Shown here: piece by piece, positions 19,770 to 29,385 of the stretch
Numbering within the stretch: the stretch's first letter is position 1
Layout: every line of letters begins with the position of its first letter
Assembly: GCA_944358435.1 (NCBI GenBank)
Contig: CALVRD010000003.1
Coordinates: 1 to 41,362 of the forward strand
Origin: an uncultured Bacilli bacterium
GTDB taxonomy: Bacteria > Bacillota_I > Bacilli_A > RF39 > UBA660
DNA length: 41,362 nucleotides
Direction of reading: 5' to 3'
Translations under genes and position numbers: made by a program
Notes under the pieces: generated by a model
Database searches by the model: none
What the model saw: the letters and a program-made list of their open reading frames with translations, nothing else
Told to the model about the DNA's origin: nothing

Positions 19770-20717
19770 ATGGAAAAATCTTATACAATTTTAACAAGTG
19801 ATTTAGTAGCTTTGGGTCACATACTTGACTATTTTGAAGAATTTGATAAGGAGTTTAGAGAAGCCTATTCTAAAGGATTTTTCTTTGGATTAAGACCATT
19901 TTATAAAAGAAATAAAGAAGTAGTTAATATAATTAATAATTATTCAGATATTAAAACTTTTTTAAACAAGACTAATTATGATTTTGATAACGAAGGAAAG
20001 CTTTGCCTAAGAGAGGGAATGAAGTTTTTTTATCAATATTTTTTAAGTCATAGAGATAGCATGGATCAAATGCTTGGAGTATTAGAAAAAATAAATGAAT
20101 TAGGATTTTCTTATATAGACTTTAATAGTGATGCAGATTTTACAAAGGAAGAATTTAATATATCTTCATTTTTTGGGCAAAATATTGAAATATCTTTTTT
20201 TGATAATATTGAAGTAATTCCAAGCTGCAGTAATGGTATTCATTATAGAACTAAGTCATCTAATTATAGAATGGATTTAAATGTTGGTTTTTCTGATGTT
20301 TTGGCTATTGGTAGTCAAATTACTCTTAATAGTTTATTGTTTGATCCAGAAAGATTGCCTGATAATCTAACTAAAGAAAGTACTTTTGGCAAGTTAGTGG
20401 AGTTAAAGAAAGAGCAAACTGATGTGACTTCTTATATTAGAGATTCAGTATGTCTAGGGGATAGTATTCAGGATTTAGATAAGCAGATACTTGCAACAAT
20501 TAGAACAGTTAATGGCTTAGAAAACTCTGAAAATAAACAGCAATTACTTGAGACTTTATTAAATATTAAAGCAAATGCTATTAAATTACAGTCTTTAAGT
20601 GCTGAATATGATAGATTTATTATGGGTAAAGATCCTTTAATAACTCCTGAAGTATTAGAAACTGAGAAGAAAGTTTATGCTAAAAGAAGAAAACGGATTG
20701 ATATTGATTGTTGTTAA
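19770..20717 (+). CDS. Hypothetical protein with C-terminal coiled coil
   Basis: Long ORF; SD GAGGAG before ATG 19770; no family recognised. Confidence 0.75.
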   Translation: MEKSYTILTSDLVALGHILDYFEEFDKEFREAYSKGFFFGLRPFYKRNKEVVNIINNYSDIKTFLNKTNYDFDNEGKLCLREGMKFFYQYFLSHRDSMDQMLGVLEKINELGFSYIDFNSDADFTKEEFNISSFFGQNIEISFFDNIEVIPSCSNGIHYRTKSSNYRMDLNVGFSDVLAIGSQITLNSLLFDPERLPDNLTKESTFGKLVELKKEQTDVTSYIRDSVCLGDSIQDLDKQILATIRTVNGLENSENKQQLLETLLNIKANAIKLQSLSAEYDRFIMGKDPLITPEVLETEKKVYAKRRKRIDIDCC

Positions 20718-20726
20718 TAGGATGAT

Positions 20727-20754
20727 AGAGTAGCATAATAATATGTTACTTTTT
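20727..20754 (+). terminator. Intrinsic terminator
   Basis: AGAGTAGCATA-ataa-TATGTTACTTT plus Ts. Confidence 0.65.
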
Positions 20755-20799
20755 ATTTACATTTTTAAAATGTTATATTAGTTATATTTGATAATTTTC

Positions 20800-20828
20800 T
20801 TTACTTTAAGCTTATTTTATGGTATAAT
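20800..20828 (+). promoter_or_regulatory. sigma-A promoter of the three-paralog operon
   Basis: TTTACT, 17-nt spacer, TATAAT with extended TG. Confidence 0.6.
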
Positions 20829-20855
20829 TTTGTCAATATTTTGGGGGTATTAATA

Positions 20856-22745
20856 ATGGTTGATGATATTTATATAAGTTTTTTAAAGGATTATTATGCT
20901 AAACATGGTACAATTAATGATATTTCTTATAATACGGTCGTTGAATATAGGGGTAGAAAGTTAAAAATTGGCTCTTTTTTGCGACGTATTAAATATTATC
21001 ATTGTGATTTTTTAGTGGGAAATGGAAATCAGGATGCTTTTTCTGACTTGTCTATTAAACGATATGAAGAATTAGATGAGTTAGGATTTATCTGGAATAG
21101 AAGTATATCTGATGATGATATAAATATCAGATTTTTACGTAGTTATTATGCTGTTCATGGTACAATTAATGATATTCCAACTACTGCTATAGTAGAGTTT
21201 GAAGGTAAAACTTTAAAAATTGGCTTTTTTCTTAGAAATATTAAACATGATTACAAAAATTATTTACAAGGTATTAGTATATATGGTTCTTTTAGTGAGA
21301 GATCTATTTATAGATATGTTGCATTGGATGAGATGAATTTTAATTGGGAAGACAAGCGTGAAGGGACAAAAGGAATAGAAGAAATTAGTGATGATATTTG
21401 TATGGAATGTTTAAAGAACTTCTATGATTTTTATGGTTCAATTGAAGAAATTGTTAGTGAAACTGCTGTTAAGTATAGAGGTAAAACATTAAATATTAAG
21501 AAATTCATTGATAGTGTTGTTAAAAAACATAATGCTTATGTTAATTGGGGAACTGTTACTAATGAAAGTCTTGGATATTTTACTTTTTTAACAAAAGCTG
21601 GTTTTGTTTGGCCAAATTTACTAGTTAGTGGTACTGTTATGGAAATTGCTAATGAAACAGGAGTAACAAATACTGAAGCTTATGAATGTTTAAGACGATT
21701 TGATGGAAATGTTGTCAAGACTAAAAAGATTTGCCAAACAAATAAAAAGTTGCGTGAGGAAAGTGATTTATATTTATTAGGTAATTATAGTATAGAGAGA
21801 CTTTTAAGGGAATTTGGTATTACTAAGGAAGCTCTTATTTCTAGTATTAATGGACTAAGATTAGATAAAACTGATAAAGATGTTTTATATGATCCGAAAT
21901 TTACTTTAAAAGATTTTTGTAAAATTAATGGATATAATTATGCAGTCATTGTTCATGCAGTAAAATTAAGAATTTATGGTTTATGTACTGATGATTTTGA
22001 ATCTCTAATTAATAGATGTCAAATTATTTTTAAAAATTATGGTATAATTAAGCCGGCTAATTGGATTTTTTATAAATATGGAAAAGAGAAATTCTTACGT
22101 AGGGTTCTAACAAAAATTGGAGCTGATCCAAACTATGTTTTACGTGATATGACTTGTCATGTATTTAATATGGAAACAGCTTTAAAAAGAGAAAGCTTTA
22201 GACTTAATTGTGATGATGCTTTTTCTTATTTAGAAGGTATTTATAGTGACTTAGTTAAATTTTATGAAACTGAAAATAGGAGTACAACTGATAAAGATGA
22301 ATTAGAGGAAAAAGTCTCTCTTTATACAGCTTTTTTAGCAGAAGAATATCAATTAACTGATAAAGAATTTGAAAATATTACTAAAGCTTTTAGTTGTTAT
22401 ACTTCTATGACTTATAATTTTCATTTATTTGATGTAGCTTTTGAACAATCTGTTTCGATTAAAATTGCTAAGATTATTAAATATCATTTTGATGATGATG
22501 ATTTAGAAGAAGCATATTTAATTCCATTAAGCTTTGATGATGGAAAATTAATTGGTGAAGATAATGAATTATATCAAAGACGGGTTATTATTAAGAATTT
22601 AACTGTTTGTTGGAATGATCTTAATGAAGATGAGAGACAGGAAAAAACACTTAACTATGGTTTGACTGAGAAAGAACTTAACTTTATTATGAATACGCGT
22701 AGTAAAATTGATATGGCGAAACAAAAAGTAAAAAGAAGACTTTAA
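20856..22745 (+). CDS. HA-like repeat protein A (3 repeats, HTH-like motifs, shared C-terminal domain)
   Basis: Repeat consensus D.Y..L..YY..HG.INDI......F.G..L.IG.F....Y..L..LGF.W resembles the helicase-associated domain; no helicase motifs. Confidence 0.75.
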   Translation: MVDDIYISFLKDYYAKHGTINDISYNTVVEYRGRKLKIGSFLRRIKYYHCDFLVGNGNQDAFSDLSIKRYEELDELGFIWNRSISDDDINIRFLRSYYAVHGTINDIPTTAIVEFEGKTLKIGFFLRNIKHDYKNYLQGISIYGSFSERSIYRYVALDEMNFNWEDKREGTKGIEEISDDICMECLKNFYDFYGSIEEIVSETAVKYRGKTLNIKKFIDSVVKKHNAYVNWGTVTNESLGYFTFLTKAGFVWPNLLVSGTVMEIANETGVTNTEAYECLRRFDGNVVKTKKICQTNKKLREESDLYLLGNYSIERLLREFGITKEALISSINGLRLDKTDKDVLYDPKFTLKDFCKINGYNYAVIVHAVKLRIYGLCTDDFESLINRCQIIFKNYGIIKPANWIFYKYGKEKFLRRVLTKIGADPNYVLRDMTCHVFNMETALKRESFRLNCDDAFSYLEGIYSDLVKFYETENRSTTDKDELEEKVSLYTAFLAEEYQLTDKEFENITKAFSCYTSMTYNFHLFDVAFEQSVSIKIAKIIKYHFDDDDLEEAYLIPLSFDDGKLIGEDNELYQRRVIIKNLTVCWNDLNEDERQEKTLNYGLTEKELNFIMNTRSKIDMAKQKVKRRL

Positions 22746-22754
22746 AAGGATTGG

Positions 22755-24407
22755 ATGATTATTATGGATGAAGAAATTTACATAAGATATTTACAAAATT
22801 ATTATGATGAGCATGGAACAATTAATGATATTGATTATAATACAGTTGTTGAATTTGAGGGTAATGCTTTAAATATTGGCTTATTTTTAGTGAAAAGTTG
22901 TCTTTTTCATCAATCATATGATGATGCTATTATAATATTTAGTGCTGTATCTTCCAAGTCATTAGCTATATATAATTCTTTAAGTAAATTTGATTTTGAT
23001 TGGGAACAACATGAAATGGCCATTTTAGAAGAAGATTGCATTCCTTATATTGAATATTTAAAAAGATACTATGAGAAACAAGGCTCTATTAATGATATTT
23101 CAGTTGAAAAAGTTTTTAAGCTTAATGGGGTTATTTTAAGTATTGGTAGATTTCTTTCAAGAATGAAAATTAGTTATAGAACATATAAGTCTGAAAATGA
23201 AGAAAAAAACATAAGTCCACTTATTCTTAAAATATGTCAGGACTTAGAAAAGTTAGAATTTGATAATTGGGATGGAATAATTACATTAAAAGATTTGGCT
23301 TTACAAAATGGGGTTAATATTACAACTTTATTTAAGATTAAAGAAAAGTGTAATGATAATGTAGAGAAAGCTTTAAAAATTGCTCTTTTAAGAAAAAAAT
23401 ATAATGATTTTCAGGATATTTCTAAACATGATGGTGGTAGTTTAAAAGAAACACTAGAATTATTTGACTTAGATATTGATACATTTATTAAATATTTAGA
23501 TAGAGATGTTTTAAAGACCAATAGTCATACTGGATTGATAGTTTTTGATAATGATATGACATTTAGTGATTTTTGCTTAAAAAATGGTTATAATGAACAG
23601 ATAATTATAAAAGCAATTAGATTAAAAAAGAAAAAGTTGTGTGATGAGTCATTTGAATCATTAATTAATAGATGTATTGTAGGATATAGTTCTAATGGAA
23701 GAAATAATCCAGCTAGTTGGATTTTTCAAAAGTATGGAAATGAGAAATTAGTAGGACAGATGTTAGCTTTGATGACATTTGATCCAAAAGCTTTTTGGTA
23801 TAATATGACTAAATATGAATTAACGATAGAAGAAGCTATTTGTTATGAAAGCTTTAAATGTAATAAAGGTACTAGGTTTGCATATTTAGATGCAATCTAT
23901 TATGAGATGGTTGATTTTTATCAAGGTCTTATTAGTAAAAATTTAAGTGAAGAAGAAATTAAAAATTTATTATTATCTAAAAGAAATAATTTAATTTCTG
24001 AGTATCAATTGACTAAAGAAGAAGAAAAAATAATTAGTAATTCTTTTGATCAATATTCTACAGCAATTTATCAATATCATTTATTTGATGTAGCATTTGA
24101 AAATGATGAAGAAAAAAGGATTAGTAAGATAATTAATTATAATTTTTCTGATGCTGATATTGAAGAAGCTTTCTTTTACCCTTTGAATTTTGGCAAGTGT
24201 AATTTAATTGGTAGAAATAGTAATTTATACCAACGTCGAATTGTTATGAGGAAATTAATAGCTTCTTTAAATGATTTATCAGATGCGGAATACGAAAGTA
24301 TGGTTCCTCTTTTAAAATTATCGGATGAAGAGGTTAGTTATGTAACTACAACTAGAAATAAAATTAATAGAGTTCAGGAAAAGGTATATCAATATAGAAG
24401 ACAATAA
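22755..24407 (+). CDS. HA-like repeat protein B (2 repeats)
   Basis: Same repeat and C-terminal motifs as its neighbours. Confidence 0.75.
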   Translation: MIIMDEEIYIRYLQNYYDEHGTINDIDYNTVVEFEGNALNIGLFLVKSCLFHQSYDDAIIIFSAVSSKSLAIYNSLSKFDFDWEQHEMAILEEDCIPYIEYLKRYYEKQGSINDISVEKVFKLNGVILSIGRFLSRMKISYRTYKSENEEKNISPLILKICQDLEKLEFDNWDGIITLKDLALQNGVNITTLFKIKEKCNDNVEKALKIALLRKKYNDFQDISKHDGGSLKETLELFDLDIDTFIKYLDRDVLKTNSHTGLIVFDNDMTFSDFCLKNGYNEQIIIKAIRLKKKKLCDESFESLINRCIVGYSSNGRNNPASWIFQKYGNEKLVGQMLALMTFDPKAFWYNMTKYELTIEEAICYESFKCNKGTRFAYLDAIYYEMVDFYQGLISKNLSEEEIKNLLLSKRNNLISEYQLTKEEEKIISNSFDQYSTAIYQYHLFDVAFENDEEKRISKIINYNFSDADIEEAFFYPLNFGKCNLIGRNSNLYQRRIVMRKLIASLNDLSDAEYESMVPLLKLSDEEVSYVTTTRNKINRVQEKVYQYRRQ

Positions 24408-24421
24408 TTATTAGGTGTTAT

Positions 24422-26614
24422 ATGGAAAATGATATTTATTTAGATTATTTTAGAAAACATTATAGTTTGTATGGTACGGTTAATAATATTGGGGATAATG
24501 ATGAAGTAGTTTTTTTAGGTAAAACTTTAAAAATTGGTTGGTTTAAAAGAATGATTCGAAATAAGCATAATTATTATAAAAGAGGTATTGATGCAAGAGG
24601 CTCTTGTACTACTTTAGCAATTAACAGATATAATGTTTTAGATGAATTAGGCTTTGAGTGGGAACCACAGAAGAAATTAACGGAAAATATATTAGGAAAT
24701 GATTTATATATTAAATATTTGCAAGATTATTATAGAGAACATGGTACTATTAATGATATTAATTTAACTTCAAGTGTTGAATATGGTGGAAAGACTTTAA
24801 AAATAGGATCTTTTATTAAAAATATTAGAAATTTGCATCGCTATTATGAACAAGGTCTTGATATTGAACAAAGTTTTAGTGAAATTTCTCTTACAAGATA
24901 TTCTGCCTTAGAAGAAATGAATTTTTCTTGGAATTTATTTTCGAAGAGTTTAAGTGATTTAGATGAAGATATTTATATTGCTTGTATAAAAGATTATTAT
25001 GAGAAGAATGGATCGCTTGCTGGACTAGATAGTGAGAGGATAATAAAGTTTAGAGGAGAAAAAGTAAATATTTCTTTATTTTTAAAAGGAATTAGACAAG
25101 TACATAGAAATTATTTAAATGGATTATGTAAATATGATGAGAAGACAATTAAACTTTATTTAGATAGAAAAGTAATTCTTGATAGAATGGGATTTAATTT
25201 TGATGAAAATAAAGATAAGGATAATTTTTCTTTTTTGGAAGAAGATTTATTTCTTGAGTATTTAAAAGAATATTATAGTAGAAATAATACAATTAATGAT
25301 ATTCCAACAACTGCTGTAGTTGTGTTTAGAGGGGAAACATTAAAAATAGGCGATTTTCTTAAAACTATGCGTTATAATCATAAATTTTATATCGATGGTA
25401 AAAGTAGGGCTGGAGCTGTTACTAGGGTTGCACTTAGAAGGTATGATGAACTTGAAAAATTAGGCTTTAACTGGATAAGTGAGAAGAAAGAAACTATTAC
25501 AAGTATTGCTAGAGATAATGGCTTTCCTGTATCTACAGTTCGCTCTTTAGTAAATAAATTTGATGGGGATATTGATAAGGCTATCAAAATTTTATTATTA
25601 AAAAAGCAAAGAGAAGAAAAAGTAAGAAAAAAGAAGAAAGATAAATATAGTTTAAATAATATTTTAGATTCTTTTGATGTAAATATGGAAACTTTTACTA
25701 GATATTTAGAAAGACCAGTAGTCAGAAAAGGTAAAACTAAAAATAAACCTATTATGGTTGATAAGAATATGAGTTTATGGGATTTCTGCGTAAGTAATGG
25801 TTATAATTATGATGTTGTGTCTCGAATAGTTAAGTTAAAGATGAAAGATTTATGTGATGAAGATTTAGAATCTTTAATTAATAGAAGTATTATTGAATAT
25901 CAAAATGTTGGACAAGGGAGAGTAGCAACATGGGTTTATAGTAAGTATGGGAATGAAATTTTAGTTAAGCATATGCTTATTTCGATGAATTTAGATTCTT
26001 CAGCGGTATTGAAAGATATGTCACAATATGTAATTAGTTTAGATGAAGCTATTGAAAGAGAAACTTTTAGGAAAAAAAATGGGCAAGAGTTTAGTTATTT
26101 ATGGGATATTTATCATGAGTTTGTTGAATTTTATAGAATGGTTGATACTAGCATTCAATATGATGAAGAAACAGCAAGTGCTTCTTTAGTTGAAAAAGCT
26201 CATAATCTGGTAGATGAATATCATTTAACTAATGAAGAATTTAATGGTATTATTGGGGCATTTAAGCATTATACAGATGCAATATATCAATATCATTTAT
26301 ATGAAGTTGGATTTGAAAAAGATGATAAAAAAAGATTAGAAAAAATAGTTAGTTATAAATTTGATAGTAAGGATATTGAGGAAGCTTTTTTCGTACCTCT
26401 TAGATTTGATCAGAAAGTTTTAATTGGTCGTGATAGTGAATTATATAAACGACGTCAATTAGTTAGAGATTTAACAATTTCTTGGAATGATTTAAGTGAT
26501 GAAGAAAAGACTTTGCAAATTAGTAATTTTGGACTTACTTCTTTAGAATTAGAATATATAAGTAGCACTAGTCAAATGATTGATACGGCAAAGAACAAAG
26601 TATTAGTAATTTAA
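24422..26614 (+). CDS. HA-like repeat protein C (4 repeats)
   Basis: Four repeats ending LGFEW, MNFSW, MGFNF, LGFNW; shared C-terminal domain. Confidence 0.75.
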   Translation: MENDIYLDYFRKHYSLYGTVNNIGDNDEVVFLGKTLKIGWFKRMIRNKHNYYKRGIDARGSCTTLAINRYNVLDELGFEWEPQKKLTENILGNDLYIKYLQDYYREHGTINDINLTSSVEYGGKTLKIGSFIKNIRNLHRYYEQGLDIEQSFSEISLTRYSALEEMNFSWNLFSKSLSDLDEDIYIACIKDYYEKNGSLAGLDSERIIKFRGEKVNISLFLKGIRQVHRNYLNGLCKYDEKTIKLYLDRKVILDRMGFNFDENKDKDNFSFLEEDLFLEYLKEYYSRNNTINDIPTTAVVVFRGETLKIGDFLKTMRYNHKFYIDGKSRAGAVTRVALRRYDELEKLGFNWISEKKETITSIARDNGFPVSTVRSLVNKFDGDIDKAIKILLLKKQREEKVRKKKKDKYSLNNILDSFDVNMETFTRYLERPVVRKGKTKNKPIMVDKNMSLWDFCVSNGYNYDVVSRIVKLKMKDLCDEDLESLINRSIIEYQNVGQGRVATWVYSKYGNEILVKHMLISMNLDSSAVLKDMSQYVISLDEAIERETFRKKNGQEFSYLWDIYHEFVEFYRMVDTSIQYDEETASASLVEKAHNLVDEYHLTNEEFNGIIGAFKHYTDAIYQYHLYEVGFEKDDKKRLEKIVSYKFDSKDIEEAFFVPLRFDQKVLIGRDSELYKRRQLVRDLTISWNDLSDEEKTLQISNFGLTSLELEYISSTSQMIDTAKNKVLVI

Positions 26615-26750
26615 ATTATTAGCCATCCTAACATTGCAAAACAAATGTTTGTCAATATAGAAAATTCTATATTTTAATTTTAAAAACTTAACGTTTCGGT
26701 TGTAAACTAGTGATTATAACTATTTATTAAGTATTACTTTCCTATTGTAT

Positions 26751-26796
26751 GAAAAAATCATAGTGTTTTTGTGATATGTAACGCTATGATTTTTTT
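26751..26796. terminator. Bidirectional terminator between convergent genes
   Basis: AAAAAATCATAGTGTT...AACGCTATGATTTTTT inverted repeat. Confidence 0.7.
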
Positions 26797-27375
26797 CTAT
26801 TGGGTATTTTTTATGTACTCTTCGTTAATTATTTCATAATTATAATTAGTTAATATATTTAATTTATCTTTTGGTATTAATACTTCATAAGTTATATTTT
26901 CTTGGTAGTCTTTATTTATAATTTGATAATCTTTTAGAAGATAATTAAGATTTTTTTGGTCACTATACATTATATTTATTTTGATTTTATATCCCTTTAT
27001 AACATTAATTAGATTAGTTTTTTTTATGACTTCTTTTACTGATTTGCTATAGGCTCTAACTAAACCACCTGTACCTAATTTTATACCACCAAAATATCTA
27101 ATGGTAATAGCTAAAATATTAATTAAATTTTCTTTTATTAAGATGTTTAACATTGGCAGACCAGCAGTTCCACTAGGTTCTCCATCATCACTTGACTTTT
27201 GATAATCTTCAGTAAGATAGGCATAACAATAATGATTAGCTGTTGGATAAGAGACTTTAATTTTATTTATTATTTCTTGAATATTAGAATTTGAATTTAT
27301 GGGTAATATAATAGTAATGAAACGTGAATTTTTTATAATAATTTCATTTTCTTTTACCTCGGTTATGGTTTTCAT
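26797..27375 (-). CDS. yigZ: YigZ/IMPACT family protein
   Basis: IKNSRF, ANH.CYAY, SDDGEPSGTAG.PM, RYFGGIKLG.GGLVRAY. Confidence 0.95.
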   Translation of the reverse strand: MKTITEVKENEIIIKNSRFITIILPINSNSNIQEIINKIKVSYPTANHYCYAYLTEDYQKSSDDGEPSGTAGLPMLNILIKENLINILAITIRYFGGIKLGTGGLVRAYSKSVKEVIKKTNLINVIKGYKIKINIMYSDQKNLNYLLKDYQIINKDYQENITYEVLIPKDKLNILTNYNYEIINEEYIKNTQ

Positions 27376-27457
27376 TTAATCACCTGAAATTATTATACAT
27401 TATCTTCTAGATTATTTCTAGGTGGTGTGTTATAATTCACATTAGGAGGATTAAATT

Positions 27458-28633
27458 ATGTTTTTTAATAAGAAGAAAGATCAAAATATAGATGTTTCAA
27501 GTTTAAATGAAATACTAGAAATTGGTAAGAGATTGATGCATATAATTTATGTTGTAACAATAGTAGTTTTAGTATTACTTGCGACTTATGTTTTGAGAGA
27601 ATGGAAATTATTTCATTATTTAGGTGAATTATTAGTAGTTATTTCACCAATATTTATCGGAATAATAGTAGCATGGTTATTTGATCCAGTGGTAACTTGG
27701 TTACAAGAAAAAAAAGTTCCAAGGATTGTTGGCTGCATTGGAATTTATCTATTATTAATTTCATTTATTTTTATAATTTTATATTCATTTATTCCATTAC
27801 TTGGAGATCAAATTGGTGATTTTGTTGGAACTATTCCGGATATTTTTAGTAATTTAAAGGATTTTGCTGATGGAATGTTTGATTTCTTTGGACAAAGTGG
27901 AGCGGATGTTAAATTTATTGAAGAAAAACTATATTTATGGTTAGAAAATTTTGCAACCGAATTAACTACTGGTTTACCTAATATGTTATTGAATATTATT
28001 AAATCAATGTTAAATGGGGGACTAAGCGTTGTATTAGGATTAATGATTGGTTTTTATATGTTATTTGATTTTAATAAAATTAACGATGTTTTAGTTAATA
28101 ATATGCCTATTTCATGGAGAAAAAATTATGCTGAGTTAGGTTCTAGAATTAATTCTTCATTACGTAACTATGTTCAAGGAATTTTACTTATTATGTTCCT
28201 AGTATTTATTACTCAAACTATTGGGCTTACATTAGCTGGAATTAAGGCTCCATTAATCTTTGCACTATTCTGTGCTTTAACTGATGTTATTCCTTATTTT
28301 GGACCATATATTGGGGCAGTACCTGCAATTATAGTTGGTTTTACAATTTCACCTATAACAGGAATTTTATGTATTGTTTCAATAGTAGTAGTTCAAACAC
28401 TAGAAAACAATTTCTATCAACCATTAATTATGGGCCATACTATGAAGTTACATCCAGTAACAATTATGGTAAGTCTATTGATTTTCCAACATTTTTTTGG
28501 TATTATAGGAATGGTTATAGCGACACCGGCTGTTGCTTGTATAAAGGTAATTTGCTCATTTGTTAATGAGAAACTACATCTTATTGATATGATTGTAGGT
28601 GCTAGTGAAGAAGTTGAAATTCAATCAAATTAA
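27458..28633 (+). CDS. AI-2E (PerM) family transporter
   Basis: IPY.GP.IG..P, Q.LENN...P..MG..M.LHP, FG..G...A.P. Confidence 0.92.
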   Translation: MFFNKKKDQNIDVSSLNEILEIGKRLMHIIYVVTIVVLVLLATYVLREWKLFHYLGELLVVISPIFIGIIVAWLFDPVVTWLQEKKVPRIVGCIGIYLLLISFIFIILYSFIPLLGDQIGDFVGTIPDIFSNLKDFADGMFDFFGQSGADVKFIEEKLYLWLENFATELTTGLPNMLLNIIKSMLNGGLSVVLGLMIGFYMLFDFNKINDVLVNNMPISWRKNYAELGSRINSSLRNYVQGILLIMFLVFITQTIGLTLAGIKAPLIFALFCALTDVIPYFGPYIGAVPAIIVGFTISPITGILCIVSIVVVQTLENNFYQPLIMGHTMKLHPVTIMVSLLIFQHFFGIIGMVIATPAVACIKVICSFVNEKLHLIDMIVGASEEVEIQSN

Positions 28634-28635
28634 AA

Positions 28636-28827
28636 CTATGAATAAAGATGAGTACTAAAATTAATTATTTTAAGAGAGTTAGTGATTGGTGGAAACTAAT
28701 AATAGTTATTTTAGGAAGCTACTTTAGGAGTTTTATCGGGAAGACCGTTATTTAAATTAAGACCAGATAGGATGGTACCGGACATTTGTCCTCCTATCAT
28801 GGTCTTTATTTGTATATATAAGGAGGA
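28636..28827 (+). ncRNA. T-box riboswitch with Ala (GCU) specifier
   Basis: Stem I with AGTA, AGAGAG bulge, GGTGGAA loop, GAA-GCT-A specifier (GCT 28718-28720); CCGTTA; antiterminator AGGA-TGGTACC-GGAC-attt-GTCC-TCCT; alaS downstream. Confidence 0.9.
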
Positions 28828-28833
28828 AAAAGA

Positions 28834-29385
28834 ATGAAATTATTTGTTATTGGGGGAGTAGCTAAAAGTGGTAAAAACACTTTTGGTAAATATTTAAGTG
28901 AAGAGTTAAAAAGTTATGGTTATAAGCCTTGTGTAATGCATATTACTCAGACGCTTTATACATATGCCAGAAATTATTTTTCTTGGGATGAGAATTCTTC
29001 AGAAAAGCCAAGAGAATTTTTACAAAAAATGGGTATTGAAACAATTAGAGAAAAGTTACATAAAACTTATTTTCTTATCGATAGAACATGTGAAGATATT
29101 GAAATACTTAGTAATTTCTTTGATGCTTTTATTATTACTGATGCTAGATTAATTATGGAATTTGAAGAGTTTAGGAAAAGATTTGATGATGTTGTAGTAA
29201 TTAAATTGACTCGTAGCAATTACGATAATGGTTTAAGTGAAGAAGAAAGAAATCATATTACAGAAACTGAGTTATTAGATTATAAAAAGTTTGATTATGA
29301 AATTGAAAATAATAGTTTGGAATCTTTACATCAACAAGCTAAAAAAATTATAGAATTAGAAGAGAGTGGTAAAAGTAATGAATAA
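28834..29385 (+). CDS. P-loop kinase, deoxynucleoside monophosphate kinase-like
   Basis: GVAKSGKNT, R..LQ..G.E..R, IITDAR...E, H.TE. Confidence 0.7.
   Translation: MKLFVIGGVAKSGKNTFGKYLSEELKSYGYKPCVMHITQTLYTYARNYFSWDENSSEKPREFLQKMGIETIREKLHKTYFLIDRTCEDIEILSNFFDAFIITDARLIMEFEEFRKRFDDVVVIKLTRSNYDNGLSEEERNHITETELLDYKKFDYEIENNSLESLHQQAKKIIELEESGKSNE

Noticed and set aside
20841-26614. Trio as helicases, CRISPR/Cas genes or a DNA-level tandem repeat
   Set aside because: No Walker, DEAD or Cas motifs and no repeat-spacer array; the repeats are diverged and evident mainly at protein level
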